Assembly (NCBI GenBank): GCA_964016885.1
Contig: OZ024742.1
Span: forward strand, 252,030,001 to 252,094,000
Source: Eledone cirrhosa
Taxonomy: Eukaryota
Direction of reading: 5' to 3'
DNA: 64,000 nucleotides
Shown: positions 26,199 through 38,097 of the stretch, one piece after another
How positions within the stretch are numbered: position 1 is the stretch's first letter
Layout of the letters: each line of letters begins with the position of its first letter
Position numbers and translations under genes: made by a program
The notes under the pieces: model-generated
Databases searched by the model: none
The model's input: only the letters and a program-made list of their open reading frames with translations
Told to the model about the DNA's origin: nothing

Positions 26199-28196
26199 TT
26201 ATCTAATTGATGCCAGAATACATACATGGCTGTAACATTAGATAATTCATTTGAAATGTGTTTTTTTATAGTAACTTCACTGAACTAAAGTAAAAATCTG
26301 TAACTGAACAATGAAATCTGATTGAATAAGTCTAATAGGATACCAAAATCATAATAGTAGGTATTGGTTAGTAACCAAATGAGCTTTGCTTGAGAAGATC
26401 CTCAAACAAGGTAGTCAATCAAGAAATATGAAGTGACATGGCATATCCACCACACAGGATATGCCACACTTTCATTCAGGGCTAGGCAATATTTTGTTGT
26501 TCAGTTCCAGATCAGCCCTGATGGATCAGCCTAATGAACATAGGCAATCCAATATAATTGCATCAGTTTTTTCTTCAGCAACAGTGTACTTGGTACTACA
26601 TTATCTAATGACTCCTTTCATATTTTAAGATGGTAAAAAATTATTTGAAATAAATTAGGTTGCTATTTCTAACAGATTGAGCAATATTAGCAATTATCAA
26701 TATAGTTATTGTGTGATAGATTCAGTAGTTATTATAATTTACTTCAATTTATAATTCATCTAGCTGTTATAGTATAAAGAAAGATTGTCCTTCTTTGATA
26801 ATAAAATAAATTAACTCTCATAATAATAATCAGAATTAGGTGAATTTAAAAAAAATTGTATGTTGGCTTGCAGCCAGTCGAGTTTGTTTTGACTGTATTC
26901 CCTCAATAATCAAGAAACCAAAGCTAGGGATCAGACGATCTCTCCAAGTGATATTCAAAGCCACTTTTAGCATGTGAGTGTATGGGAACCTTTGTCCAGT
27001 ATCAGATATCATCAAAGAGCATAGAGTTAGATTTGCAGGGCATTGCTGGAGAGCTAAAGACGAAATTGTCAGTCACCCGACCAACCTTGCCTCAAGTGGG
27101 ACAACTCCCATCTAACCCATGCTAGCGTGGAAAGTGGATGTTAAACGAAGATGATGATATATATATATACTAATAAGACTGCATAATTGTATCCCTATGT
27201 TTATCCTCTCTCTCTCTATATATAATATATATATATATAATAAAAACATTTTATATATTTAAATGTTTGTTTAAAATATATATATTTTGAAAAGCTAATA
27301 GAAATAAACTAAATGGGGTGGTGTATGAAAAAGAAACAAAAAATGAATTGATAAACAAAAAACAACTTTAAATGAAAAAAAATAGTAAACCATTGCTTTT
27401 CACCAAAAGGAAAAAGGAATATGATGTGAGTAAATAACTTATGAACATAACATATAAGAATTGTTAAGGTTAGCTGAGGCAGCAATGATTTTCATTTTCT
27501 TTTTAATGTATTGTTCAATTTGTTTATTTAGTAATTACTTCATAAATTTGCAGTTGTAAATCAAAGTAACAAGAGGAAAAAAAGGAAGAGGCCAATGTAA
27601 GCAGAAGGGAGTTTCTTGAAATTCTGAAGAGCAACTTCATAAATGAATAAGAAAGTAGTTCATGTACAAAAGCAGAAAAGAGATGCAAAACAAACAATGC
27701 TTTAGGCGAATGAAAGATAAGCAACTAAAAAAATCATTGAAACATATGGCATTAAAATCAATCTTCTTTTGTGTTTTTCCCCCTCTAAACAAATAAAGAA
27801 AAGGTCAGGGCTTTTTCTTTATTTTGATATACAGGAAGTCCTCAATATATATGCATTTGACATATTTAACTCTTAATGCCTGAACATTAATTAATAAACA
27901 TTCATGAAAAGTAAAAATAGAGCAATATGACTGCATCACATTAAAAATGAAAGTCTTTACTCCAATATTGTAAATTTCTAACAATGACACCATTAAATGA
28001 ATTTAACTTCAATTTTGCTTAAAAGTTCTTATGAAAGGTTTGCATTTGTGAAATAAGAGAATATTGTATTATATTTTTTATTTTCTTAAAATTGTATGTA
28101 ACAGTCAATATGGGAAGAAAAGTGAGTTTAGAGAACTTAAGTTATTTACTTATAATAGTCTTCAACTAAAGAATTATCATGAAATATTCATTACTA

Positions 28197-29431
28197 CAGA
28201 GTGGGACATAAGTTCAGAAACAAATTTTCAAAATTTGATTTCTAAAAGTGTTGTAAGTATATCATTAATCTTCTTTTATTTTCTGGTTAAAACATTAATC
28301 TATGTAAACATATTGGACTTTGTTTGAATATCTTAAAGAATTTCAAAAGGTCGTCCAATAGAGAAATGATACTCAAACTTCATCGCGTAAGGAGGTCAGA
28401 TTCGGATATTGTCAAGTTACTTTCGGTTGCAAGGTCTAATGTTTGGAAAGCTGTGAAGCATTTTAAAGAGCAAGATTTGTTGGATAGACACAGAAAAGGA
28501 AGACCATGAACTAAACTGACACCTACTCTCATTAAAGCCATTTTAGAAAAGATAAGAAGAAATCTGAAAAGGTCCATGAGAAAAATGGAAAAAGGGGTCT
28601 GAGTAAGACCTAGAACAATGAAAAGGATCATCAATGATGACTTGGGAATGTCTTCCTTCATCCTGCAGAAGACACAGACCCTTTCTGAAATGACAAAACA
28701 AAAAAAAAAGCCTCGATAGAAGCAAGAGTTTGTTTAAAGAAATGAAACGTGGCATGGCAGGGGAAATTGTCTGGTCAGATGAAAAGATTTTCACTATTGA
28801 ACAGACACACAACTGAAGAAATGATCAAGTCATTGGAAAAAAAAAGCATCAGTAATCAGTGTTGACCATAAAATCAATGAAACCAGCTTCTATTGTGGGC
28901 TGGGGACCTGTTACATCATCTTGGAAGTCTCCTCTCATTTTTGTGGAAGAAAGGACAAAAATCAGCTCTCAATCTTACATAAACGGTATTCTGGAGCCTA
29001 TGATTGCTTCTGCAACTAATCATTTTCACAATGATTATCTGTGAACCTTCCAACAGGATGGAACCACCTCCCATTCAGCAAATGTCACACAGGCTTGGTG
29101 CAGAGACCATCTTCCAAGGTTCTGGTCAAAAGAAATGTGGCTTCCTTGTTCACTTGATTTGAACCCCTATGGATTTTTCAGTATGGTCTATCCTTGAAGA
29201 AAAGGCCTGTTCAAAAGTCCATAAGACAGTTGATGATTTAAAGGCATCTTTACTTAGCATTTGGAAAGAAATTCCCCAAGAACTGTTGTGTGCTTCGGTG
29301 AAAGATGTTCAATGGAGGTTAGAGGCTGTTATTGCTGCAGGTATAACTACATATATGTTGCTGGTCAATAAAGTTAGTAGTTTTGTTATTAAAAGCATTT
29401 ATATTTGCTTCCAATCTTATGCCCCACCTTG
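28197..29431 (+). mobile_element. Full-length decayed Tc1/mariner transposon, DD37D (maT) type
   Basis: Imperfect TIRs cagagtgggacataag / cttatgccccaccttg with TA TSDs. Transposase ~28350-29345 has an HTH, GRP, WSDEK, FQQDG..SH and DLNPMDF, with 37 residues between D2 and D3 after correcting a +1 frameshift. Several stops. Confidence 0.9.
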
Positions 29432-29949
29432 TATAATAACTTTGGAGAATAGAGCAGGATGTAAAGTATGGTGGTGAAGGATGAAAAGGAACACAACAAC
29501 AAAACAGAATGAAAGAAGAAAAAGAAGGAAAAGAAGTAGAAGTTGGTGCAGCAGTGTTTCCTTGAATGCCAAAGATCTAAAAAAGGTTCACATTTTCTAT
29601 TTTTGAGAAAAAGAAAAAAAAAAAACTTGTATGGGATAAGTATTAACAATTTCTGCAGAAGTTTACTTTTAACCAGTTTGGTACCAAATCATCTAAGCAT
29701 GGTTCTATGATACAAAAACTGTTTATTTAAAAACAACAACAAAAAAAAAAACCCATCATAATTTTATGTTAGATGGTTTCAAACACCAGCTTAATAATGA
29801 GAAAGCTAGTTATATAAGTAAATCCCTTGATATTCTTTATTTTCAAAATTAAGTGAAAATCATAAAAAATATGGCAACCACAAAAAAAAAAAAAAAATAA
29901 ATAGAGGGATGGAAAGCATATATAATTCTAACTCTTAATGTATATATAT

Positions 29950-30135
29950 TTGTTTCGACTATTGGCACAAGGCCAGCAATTACACCCAGTGCATTACTGG
30001 TACTTTATTTTATCAACCCCGTGAGGATGAAAGGCAAAGTTAACCTCGGCAGGATTTGAACTCCTACCGTAAAGGGCCGTAATTCTAGGCTGCAAAGCAT
30101 GGCGTCTGACCCTCTACCAATACTGCACATCTGCC
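29950..30135 (-). mobile_element. SINE family A
   Basis: Consensus match. Confidence 0.85.
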
Positions 30136-32056
30136 TTAATGTTTATAGAATGTGAATATAACTGGGCTCTTTATAATTCATCACCTCTACCTTATTCCCA
30201 CTCATACATTTTTCACATGTTTCCTTTATTTTCCTTTTATCTTTTCTTCTTTATGCTTTTTCTTACATTTTCCCTCTATATGTATTCTTATTTATCTCCA
30301 CCGGATTGACTGGGATATCAATTATATGATTATCTAATTATTACGTTCTATACTTTAAATTTCACCTGTCATTTTCGTTAAGATGCCAGTTTTTTTTCTA
30401 GCCTGGCTTCATAACAAATTAATAGGCTATCTATTCTCTGAATAACTATCAAAATTTAATATCCAATTTTGAACCCAATCTCTATTACAAATATACACAT
30501 CAACCCGTTTGATATTATTTTTAGTATATTTGACTGATGTCTAAATTTCTAACTTGTAATTTTTGATCTGTAATTTTATTTTCTAATGAGAATTTATATT
30601 AACAATAGCATTAAGTTAAATTCTCTCTTTGTGGTAATTCTCCTTCCAAAAAACAGGTGGTAGTAACATACACCCATACATAGAATTCTGTTGGACACTG
30701 AAGCTCGCAGTAAACAACGACTCTTTGGCTGAATTGAACTCTCTGTCGCGGTATCGCGTTGCCGGCTGAGGTGGTGGGGGACTGGTGGTTGTGGAGACTC
30801 CTCTAGGGTAGAATTAATTAGGGTGGTGGTTAAGTGGTCAACTTCCTTCACCTCTGCGTCTGTGCAAAGCAGTCAGGAAGTTCTGAAGTTCACAAGGGAA
30901 CGGACATCCCAACAAAAACAATTTTTTTTGTCCGTTCCCTTGCATCCAAGACTACCTTGGAAATGTACCCTTTTACTCAATTTTGCTGTCTGATGAAATC
31001 TGACTGATTAATGAGATTTGCACCTAGAAAGTTCCCCTCACAACTCAAGATTGCAAGCTCAATGCTCTAACCATTAAGCCATTTGTCTGCCTGCCTACAT
31101 ACATACATACATATATACATACATACATATACTTAAATATATTATTACAGACAATGCGAAAACAAACATTCAATGTGCTACTCAGGTAAAAAAAAGAATT
31201 ATGAAGTAAATACTTTAACTTGTAGTATTGTTACTTTATAATATTCCAAGACATTTAAAAAAAAAATGTTAACAGTATGCTAAAACACAATCTTAAGAAT
31301 ATTTTAAGTCTTCAAGACCCATCACAACAATTGTACAAAATATCAGTGGGAAAACAACAATAACAGTATTTCATGGTATTAATTCTTGCTTTATAAACTT
31401 AGAGGTTCAGACCTTTTGTTGAATAGTTCTACAATTCTCCTTTGACCAAACAGCTATTATCTTCTCAGCACACTTGCAAAGTAATAGCACAAACAAATAA
31501 CATTCTCTCAAACTATATACAAAATAAAAGATCCTTTCACAAACAAATCAAAACAAAAATTTCAAGCCTCAATACTTCTCAACTAACTTCAGATAACAAA
31601 ATATAGTTTCGATGAAATAATTACAGACACATCTAAGAAACATATTCCAAAAGACAACATAAAAAAATATAATTCTAACTTCAAAACTGAACTAGCTAAA
31701 CTAATGAGAACTAGAGATAACATTAAGCACAATACTCCAGTATCATATGAAATAAAAATGAAACATCAACAAAAATGTAAGCAATAAGAAATCAGAGAAC
31801 TGGCAATCATTACAAAACCAATAGTAGAAACAGCTTAGAAAACAATTAGTATCAACAACTTAAACTTGTGGCTTCGCTGATTTACATGTTGCTATAATAA
31901 ATCATCAGGACTCTCCTGATGATTTATTACATATGAAATACTTCTAGTTATGTAGAAGTCTTTTCTATAAAAAAATAAAGATGCCTATACTCTAACATAT
32001 TGAGTACCTTTTTTAACTGTGGTTACCTCCCAATATACACCAAGAACCTTCCTATA

Positions 32057-33022
32057 TCATCATCATCATCGTTTAACGTCTATCTTCCACGCTAGCATGG
32101 GTTAGATGGGAATTGTCCCACTTGAGGCAAGATTGATCGGGTAACCGTGTTGCGCTCGCATAGAACTGTATCTGGCAGTTTTCTACTGCTGGATGCGCTT
32201 CCTAACACCAACCACATTTACAGTGTGGACTGGGAGCCTTTTTATTGTGTTTCCTACACAACCACATAACAGCATGAACTGTGTGTTTTTTTGTTGTGAC
32301 ACCTACACAACCTATTTAGATTGGACTGGATGTTGTGGTACCAACATAACTGTAAAGAAAGGGTAATGTTGGTGGAAGTGGGAGGATGGAGTAGGGGTAG
32401 TAGGTTGAGGTGTATATTTGGTTAGGAGGGGCCTACTGACTGTAGGTTAACTTTACATGTAGGGAAGGCGGGTCTTCTGTATTACTGCGTGGCATCAAAG
32501 ATCTCGATCCAGTGACATTGTCTTAGAGAGGTGCAAGTGTTCAAGGTCGGATTTTATCAAGTCGTCCCAGGTTTTTCTGGGTCTACCTACTTCGTAACTG
32601 CCATCAATTTTGATCGCCCTGCACTTTTTTTTATACAGCTGTCGTCTTTCATGCGCATCACATGACCATACCAACGTAATCTTCTCTCAAGTAAACAGCA
32701 TCTGATCCCTCTTATTCCTAATTTCTCACTTAGTTCATTTATGTTTTGCCGTTCATGTATATTACTATTACACATCCAATGGAGCATGCATGCTTTATTC
32801 CTTTCCAACCTGCGCAGGTTCTCTGCACACAATGCCCAGGTCTCACTGCCATGTAACATTGCTGTTCGTATACAAGCATCATATAATCTGCCTTTCATTT
32901 TTAGAGAGAAACCTTTTGTGGCCAACAGCGGTATTAGCTCTCTGAGCCTTTTCATCCTGTTCTAACTCTGGCTACTGTACTTTCAGCCACCACTGCTGAT
33001 TTTGTCACCCAGGTAACGGAAA
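32057..33022 (-). mobile_element. RTE-clade LINE 3' end
   Basis: MKGRLYDACIRTAMLHGSETW...RRLRWYGHVMRM; (ATC)n tail at 32057. Confidence 0.9.
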
Positions 33023-33092
<70 letters not shown>

Positions 33093-33133
33093 TACGTTAT
33101 ATATATAATATATATATAAAAACACACATACAG

Positions 33134-33164
<31 letters not shown>

Positions 33165-33303
33165 CACACACATACATTATATATATAATCATCATCATCA
33201 TCATCATCGTTTAACATCCATATTCCACGCTTGCATGGGTTTAGACGGGGGTTTTCCCACTTGAGGCAAGAGTGGTTGTCTTGCTCGCATAGGACTGTCT
33301 GGC

Positions 33304-33348
<45 letters not shown>

Positions 33349-33440
33349 TTATATATATAATATATGTATACACACACATATAAATATATGCACACACATA
33401 TATATATATATACTCACACATATATATATACACACACGTA
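33023..33440. repeat. TA/CA microsatellite block containing an RTE tail fragment (33188-33308)
   Basis: Seen directly. Confidence 0.85.
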
Positions 33441-33953
33441 CTGTCGCTACAGTGCCGGCTGCCTTCCACGCCATGCTGCTCTCAATGAGATCATAAAGCA
33501 TGGCTTGGAAGCTGCAGGCTTCCCCTCACAGTTTGAGGTGGTGGGGCCAGACTGAAGCGATGGCAAAAGGCCAGGCGGCATTACTCTTCTCATTCCACCT
33601 CTCGTCTGGGATGTCACATGCAGCGACACATTCTCCAGCGGCAACCTGGTGCAGTCTGGGACTAATCCAGGCTCTGCTGCACTTTAGGCTGAGGAGAGAA
33701 AACTCTCCAAATATCGGTCCCTCTCTGACAGGTTTGTGGTCGAGTGCGTAGCAGTGGAGACTTCTTGTGGCTTTGGTCCTAGGACCACCTCACTACTCAC
33801 CACCATCAACATGGAGTTGGATACCTGCTGGTGTGAGTCTTGTGAGCTGGAATGGCTCTTCCAATGCGACTCCCTCACCATCCTCTGGGGGAACACCTTC
33901 TCTATTCTGTCCGGCATGGCTGCCAGCTCATGGGCCTCCATTTGCTTATAATA
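33441..33953 (+). pseudogene. CRE-like non-LTR retrotransposon C-terminal restriction-like endonuclease relic
   Basis: RHAALNEIIK...DGKRPGGITL...LVWDVTCSDT...AEERKLSKY...AVETSCGFG...LWGN matches the RH/DGKRPDG/WD/E..K..KY/QRGN pattern known from CRE-clade RLE domains. Confidence 0.75.
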
Positions 33954-34088
33954 GTGAGAGATAGAGGCAGTGGCAATGAGAATATATATGTATATATTCA
34001 TATGAAATATCTTACAGCATTCAATTTGTCTAATCGAGAAAAACAAGGTAACATCTATCTATATATATGTGTGTGTGTGTGTGTGTGT

Positions 34089-34648
34089 AAAATAACTTAC
34101 TCTGAGTTGTTATAGAATAACTTACTCTGGGCTATTATGAGATAACTTTCACAAAGCTGTAAAGAAATTACTTTATGTGACTAAAAAGCTACAAGGTAAC
34201 ACAGTTTTGAGAACGTCATTTCATAGCAGTTCAGAGAAAGCAACACTTCTTTATAGGTTATTGAAAGTAATTTCATTACACCTTAGAGAAAGTAATCTCT
34301 TTACAGCTTTGTGAAAGTTATCTCATAATAGCCCAGAGTAAGTTATTCTATAACAGCTCAGTGAAAGTTATTCTATAACAGCTCAGTGAAAGTTATTCTA
34401 TAACAGCTCAGTGAAAGTTATTCTATAACAGCTCAGTGAAAGTTATTCTATAACAGCTCAGTGAAAGTTATTTTGTAACAGCTCAGAGTAAGATATTTCA
34501 TAACAGCTCAGAGTAGTTATTCTATAACTGCTAAGAGTAAGTTATTTTATAACAGCTTAGTGAAAATTATCTCATAACAGCTCAGAGTAAGTTATTTTAT
34601 AACAGCTCAGTGAAAATTATCTCATAACAGCTCAGAGAAAGTTATTTT
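34089..34648. repeat. Foldback-like element built from a 25-bp minisatellite
   Basis: Unit cagctcagtgaaagttattctataa. Left arm 34089-34165 is the reverse complement of the start of right arm 34298-34648, which has many more units. Confidence 0.85.
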
Positions 34649-36960
34649 CATTTCTCATTTGATAATGGATAACGAAATTGAAGAAAACGAATTTGAAGAC
34701 ATCATAATTGCTTTAGCCAGAGGGAATCGGTTAATGAGGCTGAATGTGGGGTGGAAGGCTATGACTGTTCTGAAACGTTTCCAAAGGGCTTCGATTGGAA
34801 AGAGAGAGAAGCTTCATCACTTCCTTTCTCATTTCACATCAAGGTCTACTTGTGTTACAATGAAACATCAATGTGTAACTGTAAAGTAATGTCATATCTA
34901 CAGCTTCATGTTGCAAAGACCTGTGCTGACTTTTACCCATTTCTTGAGTCAAGACAAGAACTTGTGAAGCTATGTTACTTCATTCTAAAATTTAAAAAAA
35001 ATCAATATTAAAGTGAAAGGAACTAAATCTCACAACAAATTCCAGAGTGAGAGAAATCTTAGACATTATCAATATTTGAGGTATTTACAAATATTTTTGA
35101 TTTCAAGTTACAGAACAATCATATAAGCATAACAGGAAACTTGTAATCCAACAATATGAATACCAAAACCAAATACATCTATAGGCACAAATGAAAAGCA
35201 TGTAAAAGGGATCAAACACATTAACTTGCCTGGCCTCAGGACCATAACTCCTGATGTAGTCATATAAGTGCTGTTGTAACATATAGTGCAACTTAGGCAC
35301 TTTATACCCTGGCAGGACACAACCCTCTCCAGGTCTGACTACAGCCAATTTAATTATGGAGAAGAGACAGATAACGATAGATGTGTCGATAAAGAACAAT
35401 TCCAGTACTAGATTGGTACTTTAAAAGGATGGAAGACAAAGTTAATCTTGAAAGAATTTGAGATTCGAAAATTGGCAGGAATGCCACAAAGAATTTTGAT
35501 GATCTAACAACACCATAGTTATAAGAAGCCCTATCTCAGAGAGCTGGACAGCAGAAGGTCTTCAGAGAAGAAGCTCCTCTCATGTAAGTGTTTTCAGCTC
35601 TTAATTCCCTACACACTAAGAGGGCCAGATCACATCCAAGTCATGACACTTGGGTGCTCTTCTGTTGACACGTTTTAACCACTTGGATAGCAGGGACTTG
35701 TACACTTAAACCATATGGAGATCTATTTTGTTCCTCCTCAACCAGATCCACTCTGCTATCAAACATATTTATATGCTTATTTCAAATTTCTTTTCAACAA
35801 GAAGTTATTTTTAAGTGATGTACTTAAATTTTTTTATATTAGTGGTTCTTAAATAATTTTTTTTTATTCACCTCCAAAAACTTTGGTGCTCACACCTCTC
35901 AATATAAAAGTATGCTTTCTTTTAATTTGCCTCCTAAAATGTTCAAATTGCTTCCCAGTTTTATAAGTTTATTTATGCAATCACCACAAACAATCACTAC
36001 CTGGTTTGGTTACAAAACAACCAAAGACCACAACTCTTTTTAGAAAGTTGTTCTTACTAGTTAGAAAATTGTTGGCACTATTTTCCCCAAATTGCATAAT
36101 ACATGTCATGTTCTGTACTCAATGCAGGAGTATCTATATTGATACCATCCTATTCAGGTTGCAGAACTGACATTTTAGTCTCAAAGAAATATTAACTAGC
36201 CCTTTTAGGAATAACCTTTATCTTTCTGAATGATCAATCAACTGCACAAACTTAGCATCTTATATTATGTAATGTTTCAACTATTTAACTATGATTTTTG
36301 TGCTATGTTATATCGTCTGCAGGGTTTATTTTAAAAAACATTTAAATTGCACAAATTTCTGAGGCAGGTGCCATAACCTATTTTAGTCTGAAGGATTTTT
36401 AATGGCTATTTTTAACATTATATAAGAGTTTTAAGTCCTTTAGGCATCATTGACCATGTAACCATATGTAGTATTTGACACAAAATGTAAACTTAATGCA
36501 CAAAATTAGATTTAGAACACATGCAAGAATCAATTGCACAATAAAATATTCACTAATCTTCTGTATATAACTTTTGAGATCTATTAAGGCAGAGTTCAAT
36601 GTATATACAAAACTACTGGATAGGATAATACAGAAATGGCAATTTCAGTTCTGTTTTTAAAATTCTAAATTCACCTAACAAACATTTTATTACCCATCAT
36701 AATAACACTAATAAATAACAAAAACCATGGAAATCTAGAAGATACAACTACACTAAAACCAAACTAAAATTTCACCAAGGCCACAATCAACAGGTCTAGT
36801 ACATTCCTTTGCATTCCATATAAGTATATTTAAAAAAAAAACAAAAAAAAAAAATGCTGTTGACATAAACTTTCAAACTTCTTTCTCAACATAATCTAAA
36901 CTATATGTTGGTATATTTTGTCTCTTTTCTTCTCACATTTATAATTTTATATATATATAT

Positions 36961-37289
36961 GGAGGCACATGGCTTAGTGGTTAGAGCATTGGCCTTGCAA
37001 TCAAAAGGTTTTGAGTTCAAATGAGTTCAATTGTTGTTTCCTTGAGCAAGACACTTTATTTCACATTGCTCCAGTTTACTCAGCTGTAGAAATGAGATGA
37101 TAGAGACTGGGGTCCCTATCATTCCACTGAAAAGTGGTCGTGGAGGTGCCACGGAAAAAAAAGCACCCAGCACTCAGTGTAAATGAGGTTAGTGTTAGGA
37201 AGGGCATCCAGCTGTAGAAATCAAGCCAGAATCAGTTCCCGTCCCACCCTTGCAAGCAGGGAAAAGTGGACGTAAAATGATGATGATGA

Positions 37290-37292
<3 letters not shown>
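36961..37292 (+). mobile_element. SINE family B, near full length, RTE tail
   Basis: tRNA head, central domain, one 49-bp unit and (GAT)n. Confidence 0.88.
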
Positions 37293-37360
<68 letters not shown>

Positions 37361-37756
37361 TGGGATGTAAAAGAGAGATATAGAGGAAGAATTGAACCCA
37401 GTACTGGACTGGTATTTTTTTTTTTTATCGGCCTCAGAAAGAGGAAAACCGAAGTTGAACAGAGCAGAGTCAGGACGAATACTGCAAAAGCATTCTGTCC
37501 GACATTTTAATGATTCCGCCAATTCACCATCACTATGAATACACTGGAGTCAGGTTATATAAAATTACAACAGAAATATGAAATTAGCCAAAAGTAAGAG
37601 GTTTGCACATGTTCTGAGTTGATAAAAAACTAGAGGTGTGATGTGTTCTGGATTCCATGATAGTATATTATAGAGATTTGAGAATTTGTTTGGAAAAAGT
37701 ACCCTTGCCTTTACTTATGTTGAAAAAATATAAAAGAAAAATGGATGATAAATGCA

Positions 37757-38097
37757 ATAATTGCTTCTACTTTTGGCACAAGGCCAGCAATTACCCAGTA
37801 GATTACTGGTACTTTATTTTATCGACCCCATAAGGATGAAAGGCAAAGTTAACCTCGGCGGGATTTGAACTCAGAATGGCAAGGGCCGTAACTCTATACG
37901 TCAAAGCATGGCGTCCGACCCTCTACCGATACTGCCAATTCACCGCCCTTGATGATAAATGCAATAATTGTTTCTACTTTTGGCACAAGGCCAGCAATTA
38001 CCTAGTGCATTACTGGTACTTTATTTTATCGACCCCGTAAGGATGAAAGGCAAAGTCAACCTCGGCGGGATTTGAACTCAGATCGTAAAGGGACATA
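37757..38097 (-). mobile_element. Nested/tandem SINE family A pair
   Basis: Full copy 37757-37949 flanked by duplicated gatgataaatgcaata, next to a truncated copy. Confidence 0.88.

Noticed and set aside
32952-33555. YI/HT-rich ORFs (also ~11969, ~17754, ~38753)
   Set aside because: Translations of dinucleotide microsatellites.
34298-34648. 25-bp repeats as a CRISPR array
   Set aside because: Head-to-tail minisatellite with no spacers.
34659-35399. Short Cys-containing ORFs as additional exons
   Set aside because: No recognisable domain and no convincing pair of splice sites.
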